From Eledone cirrhosa (taxonomy: Eukaryota): a DNA stretch of 64,000 nt. Of the stretch, positions 44,373 through 57,829 are shown in pieces. Where the stretch lies: NCBI GenBank assembly GCA_964016885.1, contig OZ024743.1, forward strand, positions 96,906,001 to 96,970,000. The letters are read 5' to 3'. Position 1 is the first letter of the stretch. The number at the start of each line of letters is the position of its first letter. The position numbers and the translations under genes are program-made. The notes beneath the pieces were generated by a model. That model was not told the DNA's origin and did no database searches. It worked only from the letters and a program-made list of their open reading frames with translations.

Positions 44373-44694
44373 TGTGTATGTATATATATATATGTATATA
44401 TATGTATATATATATATGTATATATATATATGTATGTATACATATATGTATGTATACATATATGTATGTATTTATATATATGTATGTATTTATATATATG
44501 TATGTATTTATATATATGTATATATGTATATATATATCTATATATATATGTATATATATATATATCTATATATATATATATATCTATATCTATCTATATA
44601 TATATATGTAAGTATGTATGTATGTATACGTACATACATATATGTATACAGACGTACAGTAGCATGCATATTTCAACTTATATATATATATATC

Positions 44695-44727
<33 letters not shown>

Positions 44728-45439
44728 GTATATATCTATATATATGTATATATATATATATGTATATATATGTATATATATATGTATATATATGTATATA
44801 TATATATATATATGTATATATATCTATATATCATCATCATCATCATCATCATCATTTTACGTCCGCTTTTCCCTGCTTGCAAGGGTGGGACGGGTCTTAT
44901 TCAGCACAGCATCTCTCCACTCGTCACGGTCCCTCGTCATCTCCACCGTGAGCTTCAATGATCTGAGGTCTGTTCTCACCACCTCCGCCCATGTTTTTCG
45001 TGGTCTACCTCTACCACGTTTTCCCTCAACTGGCATTTCCTGGCACTTCTTCACCCATCGGTCATCCTCCATGCGCATCACATGTCCATACCACCTCAGT
45101 CTCCTCTCCCGTACACTACATTCTATCCCTCTCAGACACAGTTTCTCTCTCAACACATTTATGCTGGGTCGTTCACGCACATTTACACTGCACATCCAAC
45201 GGAGCATGCTTGCCTCATTTCTCTCCAGCCGTCGCATATCCTCTGCGGTTGCTGCCCATGTCTCACTACCATGCAGCATCGCGCTCCTCACACAGGCATC
45301 ATACAACCGGCCTTTCGTACGCAGGGAGAAACCCTTCTTCGTCAACAGAGGAAGCAGCTCCCTAAACTTCTTCCAACCCGTCCTTATTCTAGATACTATG
45401 GCCTCGGAACACCCTCCTCCCATGCTAATCTGATATATG

Positions 45440-45470
<31 letters not shown>

Positions 45471-45472
45471 GT

Positions 45473-45536
<64 letters not shown>

Positions 45537-45907
45537 GTATATGTATATATATATATATGTATATATATATGTATATGTATATATATATATATGTATATAT
45601 ATATGTATATGTATATATATATATATGTATATATATATGTATATGTATATATATGTATATATGTATATATATATATATATATGTATGTATATATATGTAT
45701 ATATATGTATATATATATATGTATATATATGTATATATATATGTATATATGTGTATATATGTATATATATGTATATATATGTATATATATATGTATATAT
45801 GTGTATATATGTATATATATGTATATATATGTATATATATATGTATATATGTATATGTATATATATGTATATATATATATGTATATATATATGAATATAT
45901 ATGTATA
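43600..45907. repeat. Compound (TA)n/(TATG)n microsatellite tracts interrupted by retroelement ends (44115..44295, 44831..45433)
   Basis: Direct reading. Confidence 0.9.
44831..45433 (-). mobile_element. RTE-A LINE 3' fragment with intact reading frame (44857..45423)
   Basis: [13 protein letters not shown]...MLHGSETW...[11 protein letters not shown]...GRGRPRKTW...RDEWR; (GAT)n tail immediately after the stop. Confidence 0.92.
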
Positions 45908-46075
45908 TCATCATCATCATCATCATTTCATTTTACGTCCGCTTTTCCCTCCTTGCAAGGGTGGGACGGGAACTGATTCTGGCTTGATTTCTACAGCTCG
46001 ATGCCCTTCCTAACACCAACCTCATTTACAGGGAGTGCTGGGTGCTTTTTAGCCGTGGCACCTCCACGACCACTT
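45908..46075 (-). mobile_element. SINE-like element ending in the RTE-A 3' terminus
   Basis: ttttacgtccgcttttccct.cttgcaagggtgggacggg shared with 44855..44893; body matches 43262..43430 and 62220..62370. Confidence 0.7.
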
Positions 46076-46077
46076 TT

Positions 46078-47125
46078 CAGTGCTCAGGGGCAATAAGTAG
46101 CAGCAAGTGCCCACAGAATACTAGCTCATTCCATTGCACACATGGTTCTATAAGAATAGTGGACACCTTTCCTTACCTGGCTGACAAAATCTGCAGTGGT
46201 GGAGGGTGCTCTGAAAGTACAGTAGCTAGAGTCAGAACGGGATGGAAAAAGTTCAGAGAGCTTATACCACTATTGGCCGCTAAAGGGTTCTCCCTAAAAA
46301 TGAAAGGCAGGCTGTATGATGCCTGCATACGAACAGCAATGTTACATGGCAGTGAGACTTGGGCATTGTGTGCAGAGGATATATGCAGACTGGAGAGGAA
46401 CGAAGCTTGCATGCTCCGTTGGATATGTAATAGTAATATACGTGAACGGCAAAGCATAAATGAACTAAGGGAGAAATTAGGAATAAGAGGGATCAGATGT
46501 TGTTTACTCGAGAGAAGGCTACGTTGGTATGGTCACATGATGCGCATGAAAGACAACAGCTGTATAAAAAAGTGCAGGGCGATAAAAATAGACGGTAGCC
46601 ACGGAATAGCCAGACCCAGAAAAACCTGGGACGACTTGATAAATTCCGACCTCACACACGTACACCTCTCCAAGACAATGTCACTGGATCTTTCGCGCTA
46701 CACTGTAATAGAGAAGACCCGCCTTGCCTAAGTACAAATCGAAACCTACAGTCAGTAGGCACCTCTTAACAAAAATACACCCTGCCCCACCAACCGCACA
46801 CCACCCACACCACCCCTTTTGATGTAAAGTTATGTTGGTACCACAACATACAGGCCGTCAGGTGTCACGAAAAATGAGGTCGTGTAGGTGTCACGAAAAA
46901 AAAAACACACAGTCCACGCTGTAATGTGGCCGTGTAGGTAACACGGTAAAAACATCTCAGTCCACACTGCAAACGTGGTTGGTGTTAGGAAGGGCATCCA
47001 GCCATAGAAAAGCCGCCAGACAGTCCTATACGAGCAAGACAACCAATCTTGCCTCAAGTGGGAAAACTCCCATCCAAACCCATGCAAGCGTGGAAGATGG
47101 ACGTTAAACGATGATGATGATGATG
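46078..47125 (+). mobile_element. RTE LINE 3' fragment, family RTE-B
   Basis: ORF to 46731: [25 protein letters not shown]; ~390-bp 3' region; (GAT)n tail. Confidence 0.9.
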
Positions 47126-47130
47126 ATATG

Positions 47131-47162
<32 letters not shown>

Positions 47163-47163
<1 letters not shown>

Positions 47164-47701
47164 TTCGTTTCTGAATTTGTTTAGCAAGATTCTTTATCTG
47201 AAAACGTATGTTGAAACCGTGATTGTTATACTTTGGGAGGGTCATGTTGCCAATAAGAAACACACACACCAGTTGCTTTTACTTCAAAAAACAAGATGGC
47301 ATAGGACAGAACAAAGGAGAGGCACAAAAACAAAGAAAAGAATGCCCAGTCACTGAAGAGGTCACAGAATGCGTGACGAAAGAACTTTGACAATATATAA
47401 ACAATCATCTGGTTGTGGAACCAACCACCCAACCAGAAATTTATAAATTCCTAAATTTATAAATTTATTATAATAAATTGAAAGCAACTGGTGCGTGTGT
47501 TTCTTATTGGCAACATGACCCTCCCAAAGTATAACAATATGTATATATATATATAGATGTATATATATATGTATATATATATATGTATATATATATATGT
47601 ATATATATATATATGTATATATATGTATATGTATATATATGTATATATATCTATATATATGTATATGTATATATATGTATATATATCTATATATATGTAT
47701 A

Positions 47702-47753
<52 letters not shown>

Positions 47754-47761
47754 TGTATATC

Positions 47762-47798
<37 letters not shown>

Positions 47799-47799
47799 G

Positions 47800-47832
<33 letters not shown>

Positions 47833-48152
47833 GTATATATATGTATATACATATATATATATATTTCGTTTCTGAATTTGTTTAGCAAGAATTTTTGTTT
47901 AGCAAGAATTTTTATTCAACGTGTGTTGAAACCTATATTGTTATACTTTTGGAGGGTCATGTTGCCAATAAGAAACACACGCACCAGTTGCATTCACTTC
48001 AATTTATTATAAATTAAATTTATAAATTTAGGAATTTATAAATTTCCGGTTGGTTGGTTCGTCACACATTCTGTGACCTCTTCAGTGACTGGGGATTATT
48101 TTCTTTGTTTTTGTACCTCTCCTTTGATCTGTCCCACGCCATCTTGTTTTTG
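47163..48152. repeat. Two copies of a hammerhead-bearing element (47163..47538, 47865..48152) with the internal segment in opposite orientations
   Basis: ~58-bp IR attgttatactttgggagggtcatgttgccaataagaaacacac..ccagttgc at 47222 and 47481(rc); in copy 2 the IR is followed by the reversed interior. Confidence 0.8.
47349..47391 (+). ncRNA. Minimal hammerhead motif
   Basis: gtca-CTGAAGA-g-gtcac(agaatgc)gtgac-GAAA-gaactt-tgac; stem I gtca/tgac, stem II gtcac/gtgac. Confidence 0.62.
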
Positions 48153-48214
48153 TGTGTATATATATATATATACATATATATATATGTATATATATATATA
48201 TACATATATATATG

Positions 48215-48270
<56 letters not shown>

Positions 48271-48306
48271 TATATGTATATATATATATGTATATATATA
48301 TATATG

Positions 48307-48357
<51 letters not shown>

Positions 48358-48425
48358 CATATATATATGTATATATATATATGTATATATATATATATGT
48401 ATATGTATATATATATGTATATATG

Positions 48426-48461
<36 letters not shown>

Positions 48462-48497
48462 TCTATATATATATATATATCTATATATATATATGTG

Positions 48498-48528
<31 letters not shown>

Positions 48529-48554
48529 CTATCTATATATATATATATATATAT

Positions 48555-48619
<65 letters not shown>

Positions 48620-48676
48620 TACAGATATATATATTTATATATATATACAGATATATATATTCATATACATATATAC

Positions 48677-48721
<45 letters not shown>

Positions 48722-48748
48722 TACATATATATATACATATATATATAC

Positions 48749-48779
<31 letters not shown>

Positions 48780-48802
48780 CATATATATATACATATATAT
48801 AC

Positions 48803-48859
<57 letters not shown>

Positions 48860-48866
48860 AATTTCC

Positions 48867-48899
<33 letters not shown>

Positions 48900-48929
48900 A
48901 ATTTCATATATATATATATACATATATAT

Positions 48930-50230
48930 ATGAAGAAATTCCAAACATGGAAGCACGGCCTAGAGTCAAAAGGACTTAAAATTAACCTGGCTAAGACCAA
49001 AGTACTAGTTTGTAGGAAAGAAAACAAGGCGGCGGTCCCTTCTGGGAAATGGTCGTGCTCGGTGTGTAGGAAAGGCGTAGGTAGAAACTCCATTTTATGT
49101 CCTAAATGCAAAGTATGGGTGCATAAAAGATGTAGTGGGATCACAGGTAAGCTAACTAAGAACATAGATTTTACATGTGGCCGGTGTTCTGGTGCAATAA
49201 GTAGCAGCAAGTGCCCACGAAATACTAGCTCTTTCAATTGCGCAGAGGGTTCTATAGAAATAGTGGACAGCTTCCGTTACCTGGGCGATAAAATCAGCAG
49301 TGGGGGAGGGTGCTCTGAAAGTACTGTAGCTAGAGTCAGAACTGGTTGGAAAAAGTTCAGAGAGCTTATACCACTATTAGCTGCTAAAGGGTTCTCCCTA
49401 AAAATGAAAGGCAGGTTGTACGATGCCTGCATACGAACAGCAATGCTGCATGGCAGTGAGACCTGGGCATTGTGTGCAGAGGATATACGCAGACTAGAGA
49501 GGAACGAAGCTTGCATGCTCCGCTGGATGTGTAACAGTAATATACGTGAACGGCAAAGCATAAACGAACTAAGGAAAAAATTAGAGATAAGAGGGATCAG
49601 ATATTGTTTACTCGAGAGAAGGCTACGTTGGTATGGACACGTGATGCGCATGAAAGTCGATAGCTGTATAACAAAGTGCAGGGCAATAAAGATAGACGGT
49701 AGTCACGGAATAGGCAGACCTAGAAAAACCTGGGACGAGCTGATAAACTCCGACATCACACACTTACACCTCTCCAAGACAATGTCACTGGACCGAGACC
49801 TTTGGCGGTACTCAGTAACAGAGAAGACCCGCCTTACCTAAATATATAGTAAAACCTACTCCAGCCAGTAGGCATCTCTAACAAAATACACCCACCCCCC
49901 CCCCACCCCCATCCACACCACCCCGTTCTATGTAAAGTTATGTTGGTGCCGCGCCATCGAGGCCGAAACAAATGAGATCGTGTAGGTGTCACGACAAAAA
50001 AACACACAGTCCACGCTGTAATGTGGCCGTGTAGGCAACACGGTAAAAACCTCCCAGACCCACACTGTAAATGTGGTTGGTGTTAGGAAGGGCATCCAAC
50101 TGTAGAAAACCTGCCAGACAGTCCTATGCGAGCAAGACAATCACTCTTGCCTCAAGTGGGACTACCCCCGTCCAAACCCATGCAAGCGTGGAACACGGAC
50201 GTTAAACGTTGATGATGATGATGATGATGA
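48930..50230 (+). mobile_element. RTE-B LINE, 5'-truncated; open frame 48930..49841 (RT end + PHD + C-terminus)
   Basis: [10 protein letters not shown]...C4HC3...VDSFRYLG...MLHGSETW...RLRWYGHV...GRPRKTW; the ATG comes from the TA tract junction. Confidence 0.92.
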
Positions 50231-50237
50231 TATATAT

Positions 50238-50530
50238 ATTAGAAAGTTTACAAAATGAAAAATAACCGAGATGTCCTACACGAGTAAAAGTATAAAGAAT
50301 AAAAGATGAAATCGAAAATAAATTATTTAAAAAATATATATATATATTTATTTAGTTCCTTTACCGGTTTCGCAGTTCTTCTGTTTTCAAAAGTAGAGTT
50401 GTGATGGAGGGTCTGTGGTTTTTCCTCCATCTCAACTCTACTTTTGAAAAGCAGAAGAACTGCGAAACCGGTAAAGGAACCAAATAAATATATATATTTT
50501 TTAAAAAAATAAGACTCCAGTTGCATTTTC
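50238..50530. repeat. Second copy of the U3:A8 hammerhead fold-back element
   Basis: Same leader and arms as 7975..8287, with a different loop. Confidence 0.88.
50441..50476 (+). ncRNA. Minimal hammerhead, U3:A8 variant
   Basis: ctt-TTGAAAA-gcag(aagaa)ctgc-GAAACCGGTA-aag; the minus-arm copy has lost one stem II base. Confidence 0.62.
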
Positions 50531-50584
50531 GATTTCATATTTTTTTCTTTACATATATATATATACACATATATATATATATAC

Positions 50585-50655
<71 letters not shown>

Positions 50656-51530
50656 TATATTGGTAAACGGAATAGAAAATGCTGACAAATTGTTCACAGT
50701 GAAAAATAGTTTAATTAAGAATAAGTAATAATTAGTAATAGTATTGGTTAGTATAAAGTTTTGGTTTTAAGTTTAACCGGTTGCGCATTTCTATTGCTTT
50801 TCAAAAATAATTTTGAGATAGAGCGTCCGTGATGTTTGCTCTGATCTGATTAGTTTTGGGAATTCTACCTGTTTTTATGTTAAAAAAGTGGCTCCAGCGG
50901 TATTAAAATAAGTTTTGCGCCAATTCGTGTTGCAAAAATTCTTGTGGTCAAAACAATTTTGATTGGTCGGTAGAGGTCATGTGAATGTAAAAAATTGATT
51001 TTGCGCCAAATGTAGGTTTGTCTCGGCTGACTGAGAAATAAGTTTGACAAATATGTGTGTGTGTGTGTGTGTAGTAGTAGTAAAGAGGTTCGTTGTTGTG
51101 ATAATGGTCAGCAGGGATGTGTGTGCGAACCGCAGCCTGTTGACAGTTCAAATGCCTATTAAGACAAGTGTGTGTATATGTGTGTGTAGCAGAGTAATTC
51201 GTGGTAGAGGGATGGTCAGTAGGAATGTGTCTGTAAGTGTATGGGGGATATTTTAACATGTTAAAAGATATTTTTTTCAGTTCTTGTCTTATACGGAGAA
51301 GTGTGTGTGTGTGTGTGCGTGTATGTCTCTTTGTATGTTAATATACGCGTGTGTATATATGTGTGTGTGTGTGTGAGAATGTGTGTGTGTGGGTGGATCA
51401 GTATTTATTTCTGTTAAAATGGTGTACATTATTCGATATTTTCAGTAAAATCGATTCTCTCAAGAGAACATCAAAAACCTTAATAATAAAAGGTGTGAAG
51501 TGATATATAGTATTGGCATAATACCAAGGT

Positions 51531-51779
51531 GTGTCCAGATTGTACGTAGTCCAAGGGGGATCCATTAGGCCTTGCCGTATTGGAATACCTGTGCACAAAT
51601 ATATATCTGGAGTGCGTCCAGAAATTGTATACCAGTGCACAAATTGTACACATGTATCTGGAGTGTGTCCAGAAATGGTATACCTGTGCCCAAATATGTA
51701 TCTGGAGTGTGTCCTGAGTGTACGTACTGCAAGGGGAATCCATTAGGCCTTACCGTATTGGAATACCTGTGCACAAATA
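51531..51779. repeat. Local direct repeats (~70-bp duplicate plus ~42-52-bp subrepeats) in the putative PLE 3' region
   Basis: atccattaggcctt(g/a)ccgtattggaatacctgtgcacaaata twice; tatctggagtg(c/t)gtcc three times. Confidence 0.8.
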
Positions 51780-51980
51780 AGTATGTGCCCATAAGTGTTC
51801 AATCTATGTGTGTGTGTCGGCACGTTTATATCTATAGACATCAAAAGATATGCAAATTTGTGTATATTTATGTTGCACCATAGAGCATGTGTGTTTACGT
51901 ATGTCATTGTGTTTATATGTGGGTAGAGATGTATGCTGATGTAGGTATGTATGTTGACCTGTGTATGTTGTGGGTTCCTC

Positions 51981-52872
51981 TTAGGGAAAAGTGTTTAGAC
52001 GGGGTCCGTATTTGTTAATAAAGTAAGATTCCTTGCTGATGCGCTGGGTGTGGGTGGCATTATCTTTAAATTTGTAGAGGGAAAAGATTCTGAAGTTGGA
52101 ATGATTTTGGGCGGCACAGGTATCAATGTGTTCATTCAGTGGTATTTTCCTGTATTCCCGTATTTTAATTTGGGATCTATGGACAGTCATGCGTTGGCGG
52201 AGGCTGTTTTGGGTCTGGCCTATGTATTGTTCTCGACAACCTGAGCAGGTTAATACATATATTAGATTTTCTGATGCGCATGTGAAATTGTGTTTTACTA
52301 TAAAACGTTGTCCTTCTTTGAAATAGAATTCCGAACCCTCTATTAGGTTGATGAAAATGCCACAGTAGGGTCTATCGCATCTTTTTACTGTGGGTTTCGT
52401 TGTTGTGGTTGGCAGTACTTTGGCATGTGTTAGGATGTTTTTCATTGAATTAGATTGTCTTTTGCTCTTGATGATATCGTGTGTTCATAGGATTTGGTTC
52501 ATTCTATGGTCCTTTTTCAACACAGGGATGTTCTGGAGGATGGTGTCAAAGGCCTCATTGTTGAGGGGGTTGTGTGTGGAGATGTATAGAAGACCTTTTA
52601 GTTTCGGTTGATTTACTTTAGGGTGTCTAAGGTCCTGGGTACTGAGTTTTAGGGCACGTTGGATTCCATTGTCAATTAGTGATGCAGGGTGGTCCCTGCC
52701 TATGAGTGTGTCCTTTAGTTCTTGTAGCTGTAAGTAGCAGGTGTTTTTATTGGAGACTATAGTACAGATTCTCTTGGCTAAGTTGTAGGGAATATTAATT
52801 TTAACGTGTCTAGGGTGGCAAGAGTTGAAAGGAAGATATTGTTTGGAGTCTGTGGGCTTGTAGTATATGTCT
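51981..52872 (-). pseudogene. PLE RT-thumb/GIY-YIG endonuclease ORF remnant with one in-frame stop (52485..52487)
   Basis: CDRPYC...NFTCASENLIYVLTCSGCREQYIGQT..LRQRMTVHRSQI...KESYFI...LN; ORFs 52485.. and 51981..52445 share a frame. Confidence 0.9.
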
Positions 52873-54045
<1,173 letters not shown>

Positions 54046-55341
54046 TGCAAAAGTTTTATTTAAAATTGTTGGGTTACAACGAGTAAATATTTTATAACTG
54101 ATATAAAAGCACTCAACAGGTTTTTTGAGTATTTTACGATATTAAACAAATGGAAACTACATTTATAAAACCATATTTATTTCATTATATATATTTCAGG
54201 GATATCATATTAAAAATATGGTATGCTCTCTTCAGACAAAATACAATATATAAACAGTTTTATAAATAAATTTGACATACCTTAAAATTTTTACAACTTC
54301 CATTTAAAAAGTTGTTATGGTAGTGAAAATGTTAAGGACAGTTAGAGACGGAGAGAAAAAAAAAGAAAGAAAGTGTATAGTGCTAAGGACAGTTAGAGAG
54401 GAAGGTGAAGAGGATGAAGAAATGTATGTAAAGAAAAAACCACAGAGTGAGATAGAGAGAGAGAGATATGGGAGAGAGAAATATTGAGGAGGTGAAAATT
54501 TATTTATTTATTTATTTATTTATTTAGTTATAGTGTTAAGGATACGGAGAGAAATAAAAATAAAAATAAATAAAGAGAGGTAGAAAGAGATATATGTGGT
54601 GGGAGAAAAGAGGTAGATCGAGTAATATCTATTATACGAGTAGGGAGAGATAGGGGAGATGTGAGATACAGGAGGTAGAGTTATAACAGCCGATACATAA
54701 GTCCCGTCAAGTGTAGAGGGAGGAGGAGAAGAGATATATTCTGAAATAAAGATGATAGTTTTAAAATATTATATTTCATCAGTCTATCAATTCTTATGAA
54801 TTATAATGTAAATATCAATATTCATGAATGAGACACATATCAATAATGTGTGAAAAAATAATGACTATATGTTTAGTTTAAAATTCTTAGGTTTATAATC
54901 AAAATCTGAGATAAAACTTCAAAAAAATACTGAAATACATAAGTATATATGTATTTTCATGAAAAAAGAAAAAGAAAAGAAGGTTATCTCAAATTCAAGT
55001 TGACATTATAGACACATGTGAGTTTACGTGATCATCTCTGTAAATTTTTCATTGTGTTACAAAAGATTTTACCATACATATATGTACATACATATATATA
55101 TACATAAAATATACATCATTAATAATAATAATATTCTTGCCCTCTCTTATATGATTATCGTTCAAGCATAGAATAGAACAGATATCAATATATTAAAAAA
55201 TTTATTAATAAAACTGTCAAATTTATTTATAAAACTGTTTATATATTGTATTTTGTCTGAAGAGGGCATACCATATTTTTAATATCATATCCCTGAAATA
55301 TATATGGTTTTATAAATGTAGTTTCCATTTGTTTAATATCG

Positions 55342-55345
<4 letters not shown>
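54046..55345. repeat. ~1.3-kb element with ~140-bp inverted repeats (54135..54277, 55215..55342), each holding a hammerhead core
   Basis: tacgatattaaacaaatggaaactac...aaatttgaca vs its reverse complement; aaaagcactcaac motif shared with 1057..1070. Confidence 0.8.
54180..54241 (-). ncRNA. Hammerhead motif (related to the 1147/1219 family)
   Basis: Minus: ttttgt-CTGAAGA-gagcata..tatccct-GAAA-tatatata-atgaaa; plus-strand partner 55251..55305 has a deletion after stem III. Confidence 0.55.
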
Positions 55346-55429
<84 letters not shown>

Positions 55430-55525
55430 TATATACATATCTATCTATCTATCTAAGGCCGGTAAAATTCCCGAGATCCATGGACGAGTTCTCTCCAGCG
55501 GTCTCTGTCCCTCATTATCGCTGCC

Positions 55526-55630
<105 letters not shown>

Positions 55631-55642
55631 TGTATATATATG

Positions 55643-55678
<36 letters not shown>

Positions 55679-55742
55679 TGTATATATATGTATATATATA
55701 TATATATATGTATATATATGTATATATATATATATATGTATA

Positions 55743-55789
<47 letters not shown>

Positions 55790-55866
55790 GTATATATATA
55801 TGTATATATATGTATATATATATATATGTATATATATGTATATATATATATATATATATGTATATT

Positions 55867-57735
55867 TGCAAAAAAACACAAAATCACTGGCTCTACTGTT
55901 GGCCCTCTAATTGATGAAAATGGCACTCTTCAAGACAATGCTAAAACCATGGGTGAGATACTGCAGAAATAATACTGCTCTGTTTTCAGCAATCCTGATA
56001 TGGCCAATCTGGGCTGTATCGGCGATGTTACTCCCCATTACACCTTATCGGACATAACGTTTGGCGCCCCTGATGTCTTAGCGGCAATAAAGGAAATCAA
56101 GCATAATTCAGCAGTAGGTCCCGATAGGTTCCCTGCTTGTGTCTTGAAGGCGTGTCAACACCAACTTGCATCTCCTCTTGCCAATCTGTGGCGGAACTCA
56201 CTGGATGCTGGATATGTGCCAGAAAACCTTCTATCCCAGTCTGTTGTCCCAGTTTTCAAAAAAAGAAACAAATCCCTTGCCGTGAATTACCGTCCAATCT
56301 CACTCACCTCTCATATCATTAAGGTATTTGAGAGAGTGGTGAGATCGCGAATGACCCACTTCCTTGAGAGTAACAATATGCTGAACTCCAACCAGCATGG
56401 ATTCCGTAATGGAAGGGATTGCCTGACACAGCTACTGCATCACTTTGATGACATTTTGAGAGCCTTGGGAGAGGGTTCCAACACTGGTGTTATCTACCTT
56501 GACTTCAGCAAGGCCTTTGACAGGGTTGATCATAACATTCTACTGAGAAAGCTGTCCAATATTGGTGTCACTAGAAAGCTGCTGCAGTGGATCAAGAGCT
56601 TCCTGTCAAACAGAACCCAACATGTTGTAGTTGAAGGAGTCAAATCCAGCCCAGCCAAAGTCAGTAGTGGGGTCCCACAAGGCACTGTGTTGGGCCCACT
56701 TCTCTTCATCATCTATATTAATGACATCACTGACATCATCAAACACAGCAACATTAAAATTTTCGCTGATGATTCCAAGCTCCAAAAGGTCATCAATGGC
56801 GTGGATGACCGGATAAGCCTTCAGTCAGACCTACTGGCTGTTACCCAATGGGCGGAAAAGAACAACATGTTACTGAACGAAGACAAATTCGAACTGATCC
56901 ACTTTGGAAAAGAGGATGCTCTGAAACTCCCGTACTCCCTTCCCTCCGGGGAAACTCTCGTGGCATCTAACAACATCAGAGACTTGGGAGTAACCGTGGA
57001 CAGCAACATAAGCTGGGCCATGCATATAAGCAGCAAAGTTGACATGGCCCGCAGAATGTGTTCCTGGATCCTCAGAACCTTCCAGTCGAGAGATTCCCAC
57101 ACCATTATCCTTCTCTTCTCTACTTTTGCCCAACCACACCTTGAATACTGTTGTCCACTGTGGTCTCCCCACACGAAACAAAGTATCATGAAACTTGAAG
57201 CTCCTCAAAGGGCAATCACGAAAAAGATAGATGATATGTCAGACCTTGACTACTGGGGTCGACGAGAAAAGCTGAAACTTTACTCACTCCAACGTCGCCG
57301 TGAGCGTTATATTATCTGCATGATGTGGAAAATGTTCCATCATCACTGCCCAAATGATGTTGGCATCGCCTTCAGGATACACCCAAGGCTTGGGCCCCGC
57401 GCTATCCGTCCCATACAAAAATCTAAATCGCAACTCATAACAACAATACGGCACAATTATTTCACCTCAATTGGCCCTGCTCTCTTCAACATCACACCAG
57501 GCCACGTCAAAACAGAAACTGACCACACAAAATTCAAGAAGTCGTTGGACAAATTCCTCCAAGTAATCCCGGACAAACCACCCACACCCGGATATGTCTC
57601 CGCAAACAGTAATTCTCTTCTCGAATGGGCCATGGTGCCCAAATCCTGAATTGAAAGACTTCGCCAGTTGGTGCTATTAAGTTAGACATGGCCTGGGCCA
57701 ATACTGGCCAAAACATTTCAAACATTTCAAAGTTA
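55867..57735 (+). mobile_element. CR1-group LINE (family CR1-b), 5'-truncated, flanked by (TA)n
   Basis: Long RT ORF plus ~85-bp 3' UTR; one in-frame stop at 55970..55972 upstream of the ORF. Confidence 0.93.
56000..57649 (+). CDS. Non-LTR reverse transcriptase ORF2 fragment (549 aa; endonuclease missing)
   Basis: NYRPISLTS, QHGFR, YLDFSKAFDRVDH, SGVPQGTVLGPLLF, FADD, RDLGV, PHLEYCCPLWSP. Confidence 0.93.
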   Translation: MANLGCIGDVTPHYTLSDITFGAPDVLAAIKEIKHNSAVGPDRFPACVLKACQHQLASPLANLWRNSLDAGYVPENLLSQSVVPVFKKRNKSLAVNYRPISLTSHIIKVFERVVRSRMTHFLESNNMLNSNQHGFRNGRDCLTQLLHHFDDILRALGEGSNTGVIYLDFSKAFDRVDHNILLRKLSNIGVTRKLLQWIKSFLSNRTQHVVVEGVKSSPAKVSSGVPQGTVLGPLLFIIYINDITDIIKHSNIKIFADDSKLQKVINGVDDRISLQSDLLAVTQWAEKNNMLLNEDKFELIHFGKEDALKLPYSLPSGETLVASNNIRDLGVTVDSNISWAMHISSKVDMARRMCSWILRTFQSRDSHTIILLFSTFAQPHLEYCCPLWSPHTKQSIMKLEAPQRAITKKIDDMSDLDYWGRREKLKLYSLQRRRERYIICMMWKMFHHHCPNDVGIAFRIHPRLGPRAIRPIQKSKSQLITTIRHNYFTSIGPALFNITPGHVKTETDHTKFKKSLDKFLQVIPDKPPTPGYVSANSNSLLEWAMVPKS

Positions 57736-57740
57736 TATAT

Positions 57741-57824
<84 letters not shown>

Positions 57825-57829
<5 letters not shown>

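Larger units (their letters stand above)
50661..52872 (-). mobile_element. Penelope-like retroelement (Neptune-type), 5'-truncated, with putative long 3' region
   Basis: [29 protein letters not shown] (PLE RT thumb) followed in frame by a GIY-YIG endonuclease; bounded by (TA)n on both sides; 3' extent inferred. Confidence 0.85.

Noticed and set aside
47194-47230. CTGAAAA-cgtatgtt-GAAAC second hammerhead-like core
   Set aside because: C3/A8 mismatch and not conserved in the sister copy near 47905..47935
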